64,000 nucleotides of DNA from Basidiobolus meristosporus CBS 931.73 (Eukaryota > Fungi > Basidiobolomycota), in the NCBI GenBank assembly GCA_002104905.1, contig MCFE01000428.1, positions 1-64,000 of the forward strand, given 5' to 3'. The notes beneath the pieces are model-generated. The model did no database searches, was not told where the DNA came from, and saw nothing but the letters and a program-made list of their open reading frames with translations. This document shows, in pieces, positions 33,301 to 47,005 of the stretch. Positions within the stretch are counted from its first letter, which is position 1, and each line of letters opens with the position of its first letter. The position numbers and the translations under genes were made by a program.

Positions 33301-34510
33301 TGCACCACGATCGGCAAAGTTTAACCAGCACATGCTCACCCATATTAGAGAATGGTGAACCAGATGTGAGCGACAATAGGCATATCAACACCGCAGAATC
33401 ATATCGCAAACTTTGTTTCGGCAATGCACCCGTCCATACCAATGGATCCGGTGGCGCACAGAACCTGAGCCAGAATTCAGTCGAATCGCTACTGGTGCAA
33501 TCGTTCAAGGTCAAGGAGATGCTGGAGACTGACTCTCGGCTCTTGATTGGAATCCAAGCCTTGCTCGCTCCCGATTCCATAGACAAGGCGCATTGCTCCG
33601 ACGAAATCTCCGATGATTCGAGAAGCAGCTCTAGACTGGTTGATAGAGATCAGGTCACCCGTCTATTTGAATCCTTGAGATTGCTGGGTCACAACCAGAA
33701 TCACTTGGCCGATGATGTCCAGCTAATCATCAATCATCTGCAGCATATCCAGAGCCAGCATTCATTTTCTTCACCGGACATTGTGGACATTACGAACAAA
33801 TTCAATCTTATCAAGCTGAGCGACGCGGACGATGCGCCAGAGGCAGGTCAGAGAGGCAGCATAAAAGGACGGGATTCAGGCTTCAGTGACGGGCATGGCC
33901 ATCCCCCCTTCGAGAGTCGGAATACGCCGCTGGATGCCTCATTACCTTTCCATCGACCTTATTCAGCGTTTGACACTGAAGAGCATACGCACCAACCTCA
34001 ACCTCAGCGAGCAACAGCTGAGTTGGAAGAGTTATGTGGCGAGTACAAGCGAAGCAATGAAAAGCTGGCTAGAGAAAACCATGAATTCCGACTGCGGCTA
34101 GACGAGGCCTGCAATTTAAACGCAGCTTTACGGCAGAAGAGCATGATGGCGGAAAACCTCGAACTGAAGATTCAGGACCTGCTACAAATCCAGGACGAGG
34201 AGTACGCTGTGAACGTGGCCAAGGTTTCCCAGCTGGAAACGGATCTTCAACACAAAATCAACAGGATCATGGGACTGACTCGTGAGAAGAATTCCTTGTT
34301 GCACAACAACCATGAGCTACAACAGAAGCTGATCATGATCAGCGAGGTGAGTATATCCACCCTTTAAGGTACCCCAGACATTCCCACATTAATCAAACTC
34401 AAGAATAGGCCCAACGCCAACTAGAAGTAGACTATCAATCTGAAAAGGAGATGGCGATGTCCTTCCAAAAGCAACTTCGTGCCACTCAAGAAAACCGATG
34501 GGTTGAATAG
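30387..34510 (+). CDS. Large acidic coiled-coil protein, about 1253 aa, function unknown; exons 30387-30550, 30611-30673, 30737-30794, 30908-31690, 31755-34346, 34409-34510
   Basis: Long ORFs rich in E/L/Q/K heptads joined by GT-AG introns of 60, 63, 113, 64 and 62 bp with consistent phase. The middle exons are well supported; first and last exons are less certain. Confidence 0.75.
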
Positions 34511-35059
34511 CATGTGGGAGGCGCTAGAGTCAAAGAGCGAATACCCTTTCGGTCGAAGCATGTGTAAGTGCATAAGCGTCCGCCAACTCCTTCCAAATGG
34601 ATATACCGGTGTGTCCCTAACCATGATCTCAATCCCGACGCCCACCAGCTATGTTGGAGGGCAACCCGCCTGTTCTTCCCAGATTGGGAACGCAAGCATT
34701 GGGCCAACGGGCGCGCCTATCTTCTGATCGAGAAACCAATCTGCCACGTCTATAAACTGAACAACCCCCTGGCTGACGAGCAAGTTATTAATGTCGAGGT
34801 TTCGGCCTTCCCTCCCCCACTATATAGAACAAAGAGCCCTGTATTTTTTGTAGTAACGGTATGTAATTAGCGAGTATCATAGTTTTTTAAAGTTCCCAGT
34901 TATTCAGTGCTTGTAGCGGATGACGGATAAACGATTTGACCCAGTTATCTCGTTCGGATCGCTCGAAGTTATTTTTCCCCCTTCCCCGCCGGATAAATGG
35001 GGCTAGGTTTTTACTTGATTAGACTGGTTTGATCAAAGGCCAGCTGGTATTCATGGTGC

Positions 35060-36660
35060 AAGATTCGTAGTACATACAGCCTAGCAGTGGCAAGCCCAGA
35101 GTAAAAGAGATGCAATGAAAATGAGTGGGCATGGTTGTAGATGGTGATTGAACTCCCAATCAATGAATTCAACTGCTTGAGATATTTGATCTTTCCATCT
35201 TGTCAAAAATCCTCTCAGTGTAGATTAACATGTGTAGTGTATGAGTGTGGAGAGTCTTGCTACTAGTGAATGTATTAGCAACACTGCTGACTGAAATCTA
35301 CAAGCATGAAGGAGTGATTGTTTTGGAGTGGATTGTTGGGTAGAGTGGAAAACTAGATCTGTATGAGAAAATGTTACATCAAAGACCAGCAGGACAACAG
35401 AAGAGATCAAAGTTTCCTTAAAATCACAACTTTCAATATTTTAAATCCTGGTTTTCTGGCAGACAAGTAGACATGTTTCTTAGAAAGTGTTGTTTGTGAG
35501 TAATCTTTATACCAGATTTGGCAACTGTCAGCTCACTGACTCTAGAAGTGTGTATGCCTAAAAGCTGAATGAGGAGTACCTGAGGAATACCAGCTGAATG
35601 CCATGTGAAATCCCAGTGTTTTATCCAAGAGAAAAGTGTAATAAAACTCTTGAATGGTTTAATTGAACCAAAGGGACAATGAAGTGTAGAATCTTATAAT
35701 TGTAAGAGTAGTGGAAATATTAGCAAAGAGATTCTGGGCTAATATTGGTGTTGTATATAGCTGGGTATGGCTATAAAGGCAACAGAGTTGGTTTGCTATG
35801 CAGGCTAGGCTTGGGTAGAAATTAGAACAGAATTGCTGAATTCTTAATTTTGCTGAGGCACAATCTTGATTTTGTTGACATACACACTAAGCCAAAAGAT
35901 TCAGTAAGCTTTATTTATACTTCTCTGATCAAGTTGAATTAGTAAGTGCCAAGAGACTGGATTAATTGAAATCAGTTTGGGTGTTGATAGATGTATAAGA
36001 TAAATGAAAATTGCATCATCAATCAGCTGGCAACTGCTAAGTGGCTGGATAGATCTCAGATGACTAATAACTTGGAAAGGCTTTGCAGATCAGTTGAGGA
36101 TGTAGTGACCACATGAAAATCAATCAGGTGTGCCAGCTAAAAATAGATTCTGAGAAGGGACATAATAAGCCATAACTGGGATTGGTTATGTTTGGGTTAG
36201 GGAGAATCAGTTAGGGTACTTGATTTTCAAACAGAGTAAAATTGGCTAAGTTTTAAATGCTGATGCACAACACCAAGTTTGATATTTTTCATAGGGGATG
36301 TTACTCCATTGGTGAGGGGCCTTAAACTATCAACTCAGTCTGCAGACAAATTGAATCCTGCAGTGTAATGCAAATGTGGCCAACTGCTTATCCCTAGTTC
36401 ACATTATAGGATTTGGGGATAAATTGGTAATTGGTTATAAGTTACAAAGAAATTGATTGGACTCTATATTGATGAGCAAACATGTACTGGAATACATTCC
36501 GGAGATTCTCTACATTGCAAATGGTTCCCAAGTGGAAAATTGCATAGCAATGTATTGTGTATGCACAAGTTGCCCAGGTATTTTACCTTGCAAGCTAATA
36601 GTTGGTTAGAAACTAGCTTGGTGCTCATTGCTGATAACGTGGGGCTCATGTTGGTCTTTT
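35060..36660. repeat. Unidentified CpG-depleted island, probable old TE relic
   Basis: Abrupt loss of CpG relative to both flanks; no long ORF; the right end reads MSPTLSAMST on the minus strand, similar to the Copia start MSPELSLSAMST. Confidence 0.4.
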
Positions 36661-39600
36661 ACTAGCCGCCGGATCCTAACTCTCTGAGACAAGAAACATT
36701 TGACAGTGGCTCTTTCATTGGAAACAGATCTGATGTCAATGGATATCGATAGTGATAGCCGTAGACTCCAACCCAAAATAAGACTGCTAGGGATACATGC
36801 AAGCGGGCCATTGAGATTTCAAAAGTGAACAGGCAATAAGGTGCAGTACTAAACTAAACTGGGTTACCGAGTTGAGCGGGCATTAATCCGGCAACTCTTG
36901 GTTGCTCAATGGAATGTCACCTTTCATGCATTATTACTGCAGAAAGATTTCCCATAAATGGACATCCTCCAGTCCAGACTGCTTTACAAGATACGATCGG
37001 TCAAGCGCTGATTATCAATAGCTCCAAAGTGCAACGCACACAATCAGAATCCTACTCTCATTGGGATGGGCAGGATGCGTATCTTCGAGCTCTTTCTCTT
37101 GAGCGAGATTGGTACCAATGAGCAACCTCCACCCGAATAGGGAAACTAATGAGCGGAATCCTGACATTGGGCAACATCGGGTGGAGCGAATAACGCAAGG
37201 AAACACCAAAGAGGACAGTATGACTTCAGTTGTTTCAACACCACACCAATTTTACTTAAACGAGTAGAATGTTGCAGAATCACATCATCACCCTCCTCCA
37301 CAGTCAGGATTGAAGAATTGGTCCATGTACAAAGTAGGCCAACATGAAACATACCCAATACTCGACGGGGAAGGTAATTCAATATGATCAGCACTCCCCG
37401 AAACCATTGAGAAACAGCGACCCAGGAATCCACCCAAAAGGCCAATCAAATGCTGGTTACAGTTGTCAATCATTGATCAGCGGACGGATTTTCACGGTGA
37501 CTAATTTTATCAGTCCTACAATGCAGCCATTTTCCAAATCAATTCCTGGTACGAATTTATTTCGTACTACGTACAAGCCATACTGACCTTCCACCAATTT
37601 AGGGTTGATCGTGAAGAACTCTTGATCGTTCCCAGAATGGGATATCTCCAGTCTTGTTGCTCACAATAACTGCTTGTCCATTCATTGAAACCGGCTGGGT
37701 CTAGGAGACACAAGGTGGCACAACTATCTGCATGTACTATGCTAGATATGAGGAAGTCTCTGCGGCGTCGAGGCCCAACTGACGACTGCCTAGCAGAAAT
37801 GTCCAAGTGCCTTGTGTACCATGGGGCTTTTCATCCTTTCCGAGCTTCTTACCATTTCTTGATGCCAAATAGCTCGTTGTCTCCAAGTGCTCTCTAGAGT
37901 AAGATTTCCAGCTTGCAACAATGCTCCATACTTTCGATCAGAATCAAGAACTTATGAATCTGAGACTTGGCCAATGGATACGAGTTGACATGCTCAATCA
38001 TCCTGTTTCAAGCTTCATCATTACAATCCGTTTGTGTTTTCTTTCCTCTCATTGAGAACTAACCAAGCTCAACAGGATATGCTTCGCCAAGCACGTAATT
38101 CCTATGCATCTCAGTTTGAGTTCAGCAATGTGGACAATCTACGTCAGGCAATCGTCAGATAGAGCCCCGAGTGAAACACTGCATAGGTAGCGCTGGGCCA
38201 ATTAATACGGACGGCCTGATTGTTGTCAAGCTGCTGGTGGATCATGTGGCCACGGTCTTTGGATTAACCTAGTTTTCGGCGCCCTCACTTAATTTGTGCA
38301 TCTTGCCACTCAAAATGATCAAATGGATGACACCAATGAACCTTTAGACCGGATTTGGATAAATTTATTTCTAATCAACCCACCCACGGTGCAGAGTGAT
38401 TTGGAATGCTCATCACCTTCCATGCCATCCCCGCTTCACCGCCTTGCCAATCAGCAGTTTGGTCTGATCTCAAGATGGAAAGGCTGAAAGTCCCTCACAA
38501 CTAGCGTGGACTTTCCGGTTTTCAAGTCCATTCTCTTCAGGGTCTACAGCGGGAGGGTTGACTCGCTTCTTACTTACTTAGGTCAAGGCTACGAATTGCA
38601 CAGGCGAAATACCGCTCTAAACCCACCCGTTGACGTCATTAGGCCACATTTGGCTGCTTCTCGCAGCACCACTTTTTTGACGCAGGCTGGAGACGGCCAT
38701 TGGCTTCGCAGCCACCGTAACCCGCGACACGACGTAATCCCAGAAATGTTGTCTTGTGGATCCGTGCTGAACATAAATGTATGGTGGTTTAAAGCAACGG
38801 GTGGCATATGGTTTCATGCCTGTAAAGGATCCTCCCACTGTATCCGCGGAACTGGTCATGTTATGCTTGGAGACAAGCCTGGATTCCGGTGTTTTTAGTA
38901 TGGTACAAGGTGAGCATTCGGAGGCCACTTGTCTCCCCATGGCGCAGTTGGGACAGGAAATTTGGCGAGGGAAACCACCCTTCTCCATATGATCCTAGGG
39001 ATAGAAATCACCTTGATTGTATCGGAGATGTGGTAACACCAATTCACATCATCCACTAGAAATTCCCGGTTTCAATATGGAGGTGAAACGTACAGTATAT
39101 CCTTCAATTAAAGCTAAAGAGACACAAGAGTATTCATGGATTTGGTAATATGGGGAATTATTCAAAATTGGCCTAACAATCCCTACCAAAATAGGTAAGG
39201 ATACCCATACAGCTCATGGTGTAAAAGCATGATCCACTCAGCCATGCCCCGTTTCCTGCCTCCAGCACCAACACTGCAGCCAAATAGGAGTCAAGCCCAC
39301 GCATCATCATGCAGTGAGGTTTTCCATCTTGGCGACATGTCGATCGATTATTCATCATCTGCACTAACCGCGCTGCCAGCAAGCGCCGCCGATAATAAGT
39401 CTTGGGAGGATCGAGTGATGCAACTGCCCTCCCCCTCCCTGTCCAAGTCGAGGAGTGCTCGCCAGATGCTCTACTCTAAAAGCCCGTTTCGGATGGAATG
39501 ATTCATTTAACAAATTCAAATCTGATCGGCGAGGGATCTGAATCTCTTCAATCTAGGATCCATCGTACAATGGTCAAGGGGCGTGTACATCCGAAGGACA

Positions 39601-40938
39601 AAATCAAATAGATTGATTTCAGAAAACTCACCCTCCCCGTAACCAACGACCACTTGAAGAAGGTTCCAGGATGTGGTTATGTCACCTCATGGCCGATCTG
39701 ACATCATAGTGATACGAAGCACAGCGTACTATTTACTAAATATTACATCACCATTTCCCTCAGCCATATCGCATCCACCAATTCAAGTTTCCACATCAAC
39801 TGGATTAGCCGATTATAGTCGCTCAAGTGATTAGATATAGCCACAGAGTCCATGGTCAAGCCATGCTTGGTTGATATAATGGGTGCTCAATCAGTGACAC
39901 CATCAACATGGCGATTAGGTTGATGGGTTGCACCAAATGCTCATTTGGTTTTACTTTAATTTACGTACACAAACCAATTCATCCGCACGCTAGGCAGCTT
40001 TTCCTACCAAAAAAGCGTATGTCCGATATGAGAAATATTGCCTATCAAAGCACACACCATTCAAATCCGCTATAATTCCATGTGAGGTGATGACTGGAAT
40101 CACCTACGTGCAGACAGATGCCTCTCGGGTGGGCATCGGCGACCGCAGTTCACGCGATTCTGTGAAGAGGGTTCTTGCCCTCGGGTGATTGATTTGTCGA
40201 AGGTGTTTTTATTTGCAGGTATCTTGTGATTTCGTTATCCATTGTCACATATTCGGAATATAGATTCAAATAGCCCATCCTCGATGATACACAGTTTGAG
40301 AAATTCACTACTACCTAGGACTGGGTATTGGGCAGGGAAGTGAAACGAATGTCTCAACAGGCGTAGGCCATTGAGCGTGCGATACCAACTGGTGGCCTAT
40401 TGACGTATATCAATGGCCAGGTGAATGGTAGACGCGCATTGGAATGGTGGGACAGGTGGACGCGATATGAACTAGGGAAAATAGCCATGGAAGTTCGAAG
40501 TTCCAAAGAGAACGCAGGTAATGCAACTTTAATACATATTCAAAGATTGGAGTATTGATGCCAGAAATATATTAGAATACTAACGTTGGCCACCTCGCAA
40601 ATGGCCATCTATTAATTACTGTGACTACAAAATAAACTAAAAAGACAAGTATAGATATGAAGAAGAGGGGGGAGGATCTTAACTAACTGATCAGATGTGT
40701 GAACCATCACGCCTGCGCTAACATTCGGTGCCGATCGTAAAAGTTACAAAGTTGCAAAGAACCAAAAGCAAGTACAAAATGGGAGATGTCTTGGCGGAAT
40801 TCTTTTGCGCTCGAAGGGAATAATGCAAATATCTACTTATATATACAATATAAGTTGGGTGAAGAGTTCTCGTGTCAAAATAATGCACAATTAAGATGAG
40901 GAGCTGAAGAAATGCTGGAGACTTCAGCACTTCCTTGC

Positions 40939-42567
40939 TCACTGCTGAGAATTCATTGGCATCGAAGACGGGTCCGAGGGGTTCACATATACTGAGTGTG
41001 CTTGAAAGGACAGCGAGGTGCTACTAGTAACTTCAGAACAGCCCTGATTAGGTATGGATGGGGGAACCATCATAGGGTCGATCATGTCATGTGTGAGCGC
41101 ACTAGAAGCATTTCTGGGTGCTAGGTATCCTGGTGGTCCCTCCTCAGAGAATGAATGAGATTGAATGACAGGCGGTTCGATTATGCTCGAGGTTTGTATC
41201 TCTTGGAGCTGCAAATTTGTCAGTGGGAACGGTCCAGTATTCATTCTGGCATTGGTATTAGAAGGTAGTGATAGTCCGCCAAGTGCCTCTTCCGTTGGCT
41301 GGGTGCTCATTGAGCCCATTTCTTCACCCGGTTTGGGATGGTTGAAAAATGATGATTCAGGGTGATAATGGTGATACTTGAAGTCGTGCTGCATGTTTAG
41401 ATCGTTGGGTCGAAAGAAATGGGGGTTGTTATAGTAGGCCATCCCGTTAGGGTTGTTTTGAAAGTTCTGGGAAAATACGTGGACTGGCCGGGTCATTTCG
41501 TGTCCTTTGACATGCTTTCGTAGAGAGCGTGAGTGGTAATACGCCTTCCCGCACCCAGGAACTGGGCATATATACGGTCTGATATTGGAGTGGGTCTTGA
41601 CGTGGGTAGCCAGCGAGTCCGGTCTAGAGAATTTTTTCCCGCAATCTTGATGGAAAATTGGTTAGCCTCACTGGTGGAGATGATTGTTGATAGTAAAATG
41701 AGTATTACCAGGAACAGGGCATTGGAAGGGCCTCTCCCCAGTATGTGTTCTCATGTGGTTGTACATCTTGTGGCGTTTCGTGAACGGCTTCTGGTTGCGT
41801 GGACAGCCTTGCCATTCGCACTTGTATGAGGCCTGGAGAGGATTGTCAGCATCCACCCGAAGTAGATCCATATCTGATTATGCAGAACTTACCTTCCCAC
41901 TTCCAATATGCTCTTGGCCGATGTGAGAGATCAGGGTCTCTAGTACGGAGTAAACCTTGTTGCATCCATTCCAGAGGCAATCAAACTGCTCCTGGTTCGC
42001 GGCGTCGTCTTTAAGATCTGGGGAATCTGACGGGGACTTCTTAGTTTTGGCCAACTCGCTCTCCACATATTTGAGTTTCTCGATCAACTCCTCGCGAGTC
42101 AAGTTATCCAGAGACTTTGAGCTTTGCTTCGATTTCGTGCTTTCTTCAGGCAGGCTGTTTCTTCGGGGCGAGGAGTCCGCACTAAGGATCTCAATGGATC
42201 GCGTGTTATTCTGATCACTAGAATAATTGGACTGAATCGAGTGGATATCGTACTGTTTTTTATTCTCTTTGTACTCTACAGAGCAATCAAACAGTCTACG
42301 CAGCTTCGAATCACCATCCCCATCGGGCTTCAGGTTGAGGGCCTCCAACTGCTCTGCAGTGAAGCCGGAGACCGATGATAGATTCAAAGAAGACATTTGC
42401 ATTAGGGCCTCTTGTTGTTTGAGCATTTCGTTTTGTGTGGTGCTTCTTAGAAGCTGTTGCTCAGTATTCTCGGGCATTTGCATGGAATTTAATTCGGGTG
42501 CAGAGTATTGTCGATAGTGGCCGAGCTTTCTTCTCATTGCATATAATATATCAGTGTTTTCGGTCAT
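40939..42567 (-). CDS. C2H2 zinc-finger transcription factor (Gli/ZIC/Zap1-like finger array), 501 aa; exons 42567-41893, 41832-41709, 41645-40939
   Basis: Four fingers: CLWNGC..HIGQEH, CEWQGC..NHMRTH (TGERPF linker), CPVPDC..THVKTH, CPVPGC..KHVKGH. Introns of 60 and 63 bp keep the frame. Confidence 0.92.
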
Positions 42568-45500
42568 GGGGTGATAAGTATGTGGTCAGAGATTAAAGGT
42601 ATCTAGCTGCTAGACATAAGCTCAGTATAATCAAGGAAGTGGGGAAAGAAGATAATTTCTCAATGTTCAGATGGTCACGGCGGTTCCGGAGGTATATACA
42701 TATATACTGTGCCATTGGTTCTGTGACATCATTATTATCCCTATTTCCCCAGGGCGGTTCAAACCTGGTAAAAAGTAATAAATAAGGTCACACGAGAGCT
42801 GCCTGTCTTAACCCAAATACAATCCGATAAAATCTGGTGTAGTGAGTAATATGAAGTCTATGGATTAACCACCTTCCTAATTGAAATTGGTGCGCTAAGG
42901 ATCAACCCTATTGCGCTATTTCACAGACATCTCCATAATAAGCTGACGAAAGGCATTACAGATGGCTCCTTCTGGACAAGATAAGCATATCAAGATGTCT
43001 CACACAGAAGCACTTATTTCCAACATGTTACGTAAAACTCTACGCAATATGCGCGCGTATATATGTATGAGATCACTATTGGAACAACATTTAGGTCGAA
43101 TTGAAATTGGCCAGGCTGCCGTAAGTGGCGATCGGAAGTAGGATTATAAAATTGGAAGGTCGGCATGTTCCGATTTCTTGGCATTCAGGACAGAATACAA
43201 ATTGATATGAATATCAAGGGAAACAATGGTGTGTGTTTAGCAGCCATGAGTCAAAACAAACGAACACAGCCTCCCAGGTTTCATAGTTGCGCTTTTCGGG
43301 GTTAGATGCCAGAATTGAAAACACTAAGCCATCATATGTTTTCGGCCATTGTCCAAAGTGAGACACATAACACTCAGGGTTTCTCATTGACCACGCGTTG
43401 TTGAGCGAGGCTGAGCTCATCTTCCCAGAGGCAGCAGGCTGTACCGTGGCAGGCATAGAGTCTAGCCGGCCGCTGTTGGGTCGGATGGTGCAGCCTGGTC
43501 ATTGGTCTAACAAGCGAGGGAATGGTTGTCGCGTGAATACACTGCTCAATGTCCACAGCATAATTTCGTTTCACGTATGGTTGTGCACTTTCATCACTAT
43601 CGATATTTCTGACGCACTTGAATTCACGGCCCTGCCAATTACAGCCCTGTGTGGCAGACACAATCGATTAATTGATATTTCTGTGGCAATAGAATCCGAA
43701 ATCCAGTGATGTATTTTGTCATGGTAATAGCCCTGAAACCGCTGGCTTCTGAGCCAATCCGAATGGCGATTAGTAAACAAGACAAGGAATCCTTTCACTG
43801 ATGATTGAGAAATGCATTAGACCTAGTATGTACATGCAATCCAACCAAATCCATCTCGAATCACTGGTCAAGTGTCTCCAGAACCCAACACTTGCTTTCT
43901 CTTATCATTAGATGATCGCTTAATCAACGCTAAACCATTCCGACTGCAGATTCCCACATATTTTAAGCGTTAATTCGCCCATTTCATCACAGTTTCACTC
44001 TTAATGGAAGGTGATATTGAGAATGATCAATCATAGAATACTCATTTCTATCGACTGCCATATATATATCTGGCTCGTGCCCCAAGTGGATAGAGCAAAT
44101 TCAATGGATTCCCTATTCTATGTGGTGCAGTCCATTGTTCACGACGGGTGTTCAGTGAGGTGTGTCTATTTTACATTTGGAAATCCAGGTTTGCAACGAT
44201 TGTCGATGATCAATGTGAATGGTCTCTCAGCTTATGGTGCTCTCTAACCATTCCCGTATCCTTGATGAAATCTAACCTTTTAGGATCCCGACTTACTGTA
44301 TGCCCGATGCAACTACCAACCGAGCTCTTCATGAATACGTTTCACCATCCTCCCAACTCTGCAGGGCTTCTGGGCCTTTGGGGCTTCCGCTATCAAGCAC
44401 GTCTGACTTCATCCGCTGCAGCATGTCTATTAATGCGGCATGCTGCTGGATCAGCCGTAGTGTTGGTGCCCTCAATAGCCCAGTTAGCAACCCTAGGTTT
44501 GAGTGGATATCTACGAACAATATATCTTAAATTTATAGATATATGAAATCTAGTTCCAGTCCATGTAATTGAGTTTCTTGTGGGGCGAAACATATAATAC
44601 CTTTAGTTTGGAGGTGGCTTAGAGCTAGCCCTTGATACTGACGCAATTACTGAGCCCTTTTCCGTCATCTATTCTAAGCAATAAGTCCATGTGATGCGCA
44701 AAGGAGTTTCCAAGATGTTCAACTGTAGTAGATACCCACATGCTTCTCGAGACCCAAGCATCCTTGCAATTTGTTCGGCAGATGTGTATTTCGATCAGTA
44801 AATCAATGTGAATTTGTAGAATAGCCCATAGTTGCGGAAACAAATGCAGAAACCTCAAACCATCTACACAAATTATTTATACCCTCTGAAACCTAGCCAT
44901 AACATCGGCTCTTCTAGGCACCGTCTGGGATCTTCCATCCAAAGGCATGGAGATCGACTAATATCTTTGTGAAAATTTTGTAATGGCAGCATGAGAAATG
45001 GATCAGACCACTGAGGGTTTTCTACCATTTGCTTGGGGTGTTGGTGAACCCGATCGCTTAGACCTGTGAAAATACTGATTCGAAGGTGCTCTTTACTTCT
45101 TCTAAGCCTCAAATTCCAACTTCCCTGGTATTGTATCATAAGCAAGTGTAATACTTCTTTCCGCCATATACTCAGTACTCTGTTATCCATATAATAAGAT
45201 TCAATAGTTGGCCAAGATTTACAAATTTCATTGGCTGGCCTCCTTTACAAATGATCACTATTGCACTGAATTATTTGTTATTTGTGAATTCTTTACCCGG
45301 GAGTCATTATTGGGTGAAGCCTTACTACTACAATATTTAGGGTAGAGCCAAGAGGTGAATATTCTTGAAAGTCAACCACGAAGCCCAAACTTTTCCATGT
45401 TCATCGACAGCATTGATTAGGCTCCACAAAAATTGGCGAATCCAGGAGGTAAAACCCACACAGCCGCCCAATTCACGTTGAGTTCTAATTGCCGCAAGCA

Positions 45501-46315
45501 ATCCACTATCGCATGATCCAAAGTGAGCACACATCCATTCATAGCCTTCTATAAGATGTTTTTTGCTGTTGTTTTCGTTGCAAGATATCAGGGAATATTG
45601 GAGGTGATTCGCAGAGCTAGGTTTGCAGGATATTAACATGTTGGTTTATTGAATGGAGTTACAAGGGTCAAATTATAATTGAATATATTTCACTGCCATT
45701 ATTAGGAAGCATAAAACACTGTATCTGTTGTAGATTTCTTGTTTGCGTTTAAATATTGAACTTCATCAGATAGGCCCTCGACCAAATTTATTGTTGGGAT
45801 TTATTTGGAACATTTCTCACCACTGTTTAATCACGTGACATAAAAATTTAGATGGTGGACCAAATGGCCCCAAACTTGGCACTCATGCACTTGGGACTTC
45901 CCTGAACTCATTGCTCACTTTATTTCTGCCAAGAAACTGGAAAATTATAATACAACTTTTATATGAATTAGATACATTTGCAATAATCCTTCAACACCCA
46001 CTGATATCATTGGTGAATCCGCAATCAGTGCTTTGCAGACTCACAGAAAATACAAGTAACTTCAATTTGGATCTCATAAAATAGTTTATGGGATTTCTTA
46101 TAGATATTAATGTAACTTTCCTCACATTCTGCAAGTAATTTTCATTCAGCTTTTGAAGATTTAGTCATTCTGGAATCTGTGGGTGTGTCAGTTTGTTCTT
46201 GGAATGGCTGGAAAATCTAAAACTCAAAGTGGTAGCCTTATGTAAGCTACAATTTCTGCTAGTGTTTACAAGACCTTCATTCTTTGGAATACTCCCCTTC
46301 CTTATTTGTTGATAT

Positions 46316-46664
46316 TGTTGTAAGAGTCTTGGAGATATTGGAAGTGATTGGGAGAACAAGTAGATAATGTGGTTTTCACTTAATGATTTATTGAATGTAA
46401 AAGTAGTATTTATACTTTTACATGGTCTTGGCATTAAAAACACGTAGAATAGGTTAAGGAAGGTCCCAAGAGCATGTGTGCAAAGTTTGGGGCTGTTTGG
46501 ACAACTTTGAGAATTTTCATGTTCTGGGTACCTGGTACTTTGGTGAAAATATTCTAAGTAAATCCCAACAAGGAATTTGGTCAGTATTCTCTAGGATTTG
46601 AAGGTGATGATCTAAGTGACTAAGTTAGGCGAATATTTAGGTGGAAATATGAATTTTTACAACA
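46316..46664 (-). repeat. Solo LTR of the Copia-1 family, TSD GATAT
   Basis: 349 bp TGTTG...CAACA; GATAT at 46311-46315 and 46665-46669. Confidence 0.96.
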
Positions 46665-46679
46665 GATATATGCTGCCAT

Positions 46680-46980
46680 TGTTGTGAAGGTTTTGGAGAT
46701 ATTAGAAATAACTGGTAAATCTTTTGGGTGGCTTTGAGAATTTTAGTGTCTTAAGTATGACCTATTGAGAGCATATTCCAAGCAATCCCAAATTTGCTGC
46801 AAGTTTCATAATAACACCTAGATACTTAACTAATGTAATTGCTTGAATTATAGTCAACAAATCTTACATTACTCAGGCCAAATTTCTTCCTGAGACTTAT
46901 TTAGAATACTTTTACCAAGATATCAGGTACCCAGAACATTAGAAATACCAAAGCTGACCAGACAGCTCCAGCACTAACAT
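46680..46980. repeat. Two older Copia-family LTR fragments in opposite orientations
   Basis: 46680-46800 matches the LTR in minus orientation (tgttgtgaagggttttggagatatt...ctttgagaatttt); 46858-46980 matches it in plus orientation (ttagaatacttttaccaagatatcaggtacccagaaca). Confidence 0.6.
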
Positions 46981-47005
46981 TAAGCCCAATCCCACACTCC
47001 ACAAG

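Noticed and set aside
32090-33586. Antisense ORFs within the coiled-coil gene and the zinc-finger gene
   Set aside because: They are Ser-rich shadow frames expected opposite E/K/Q-rich coding sequence.
36700-40700. Short ORFs of 60-130 aa (e.g. 38506-38992, 39229-39501)
   Set aside because: No recognisable domain or consistent exon chain could be built; treated as intergenic, although a small spliced gene cannot be excluded.
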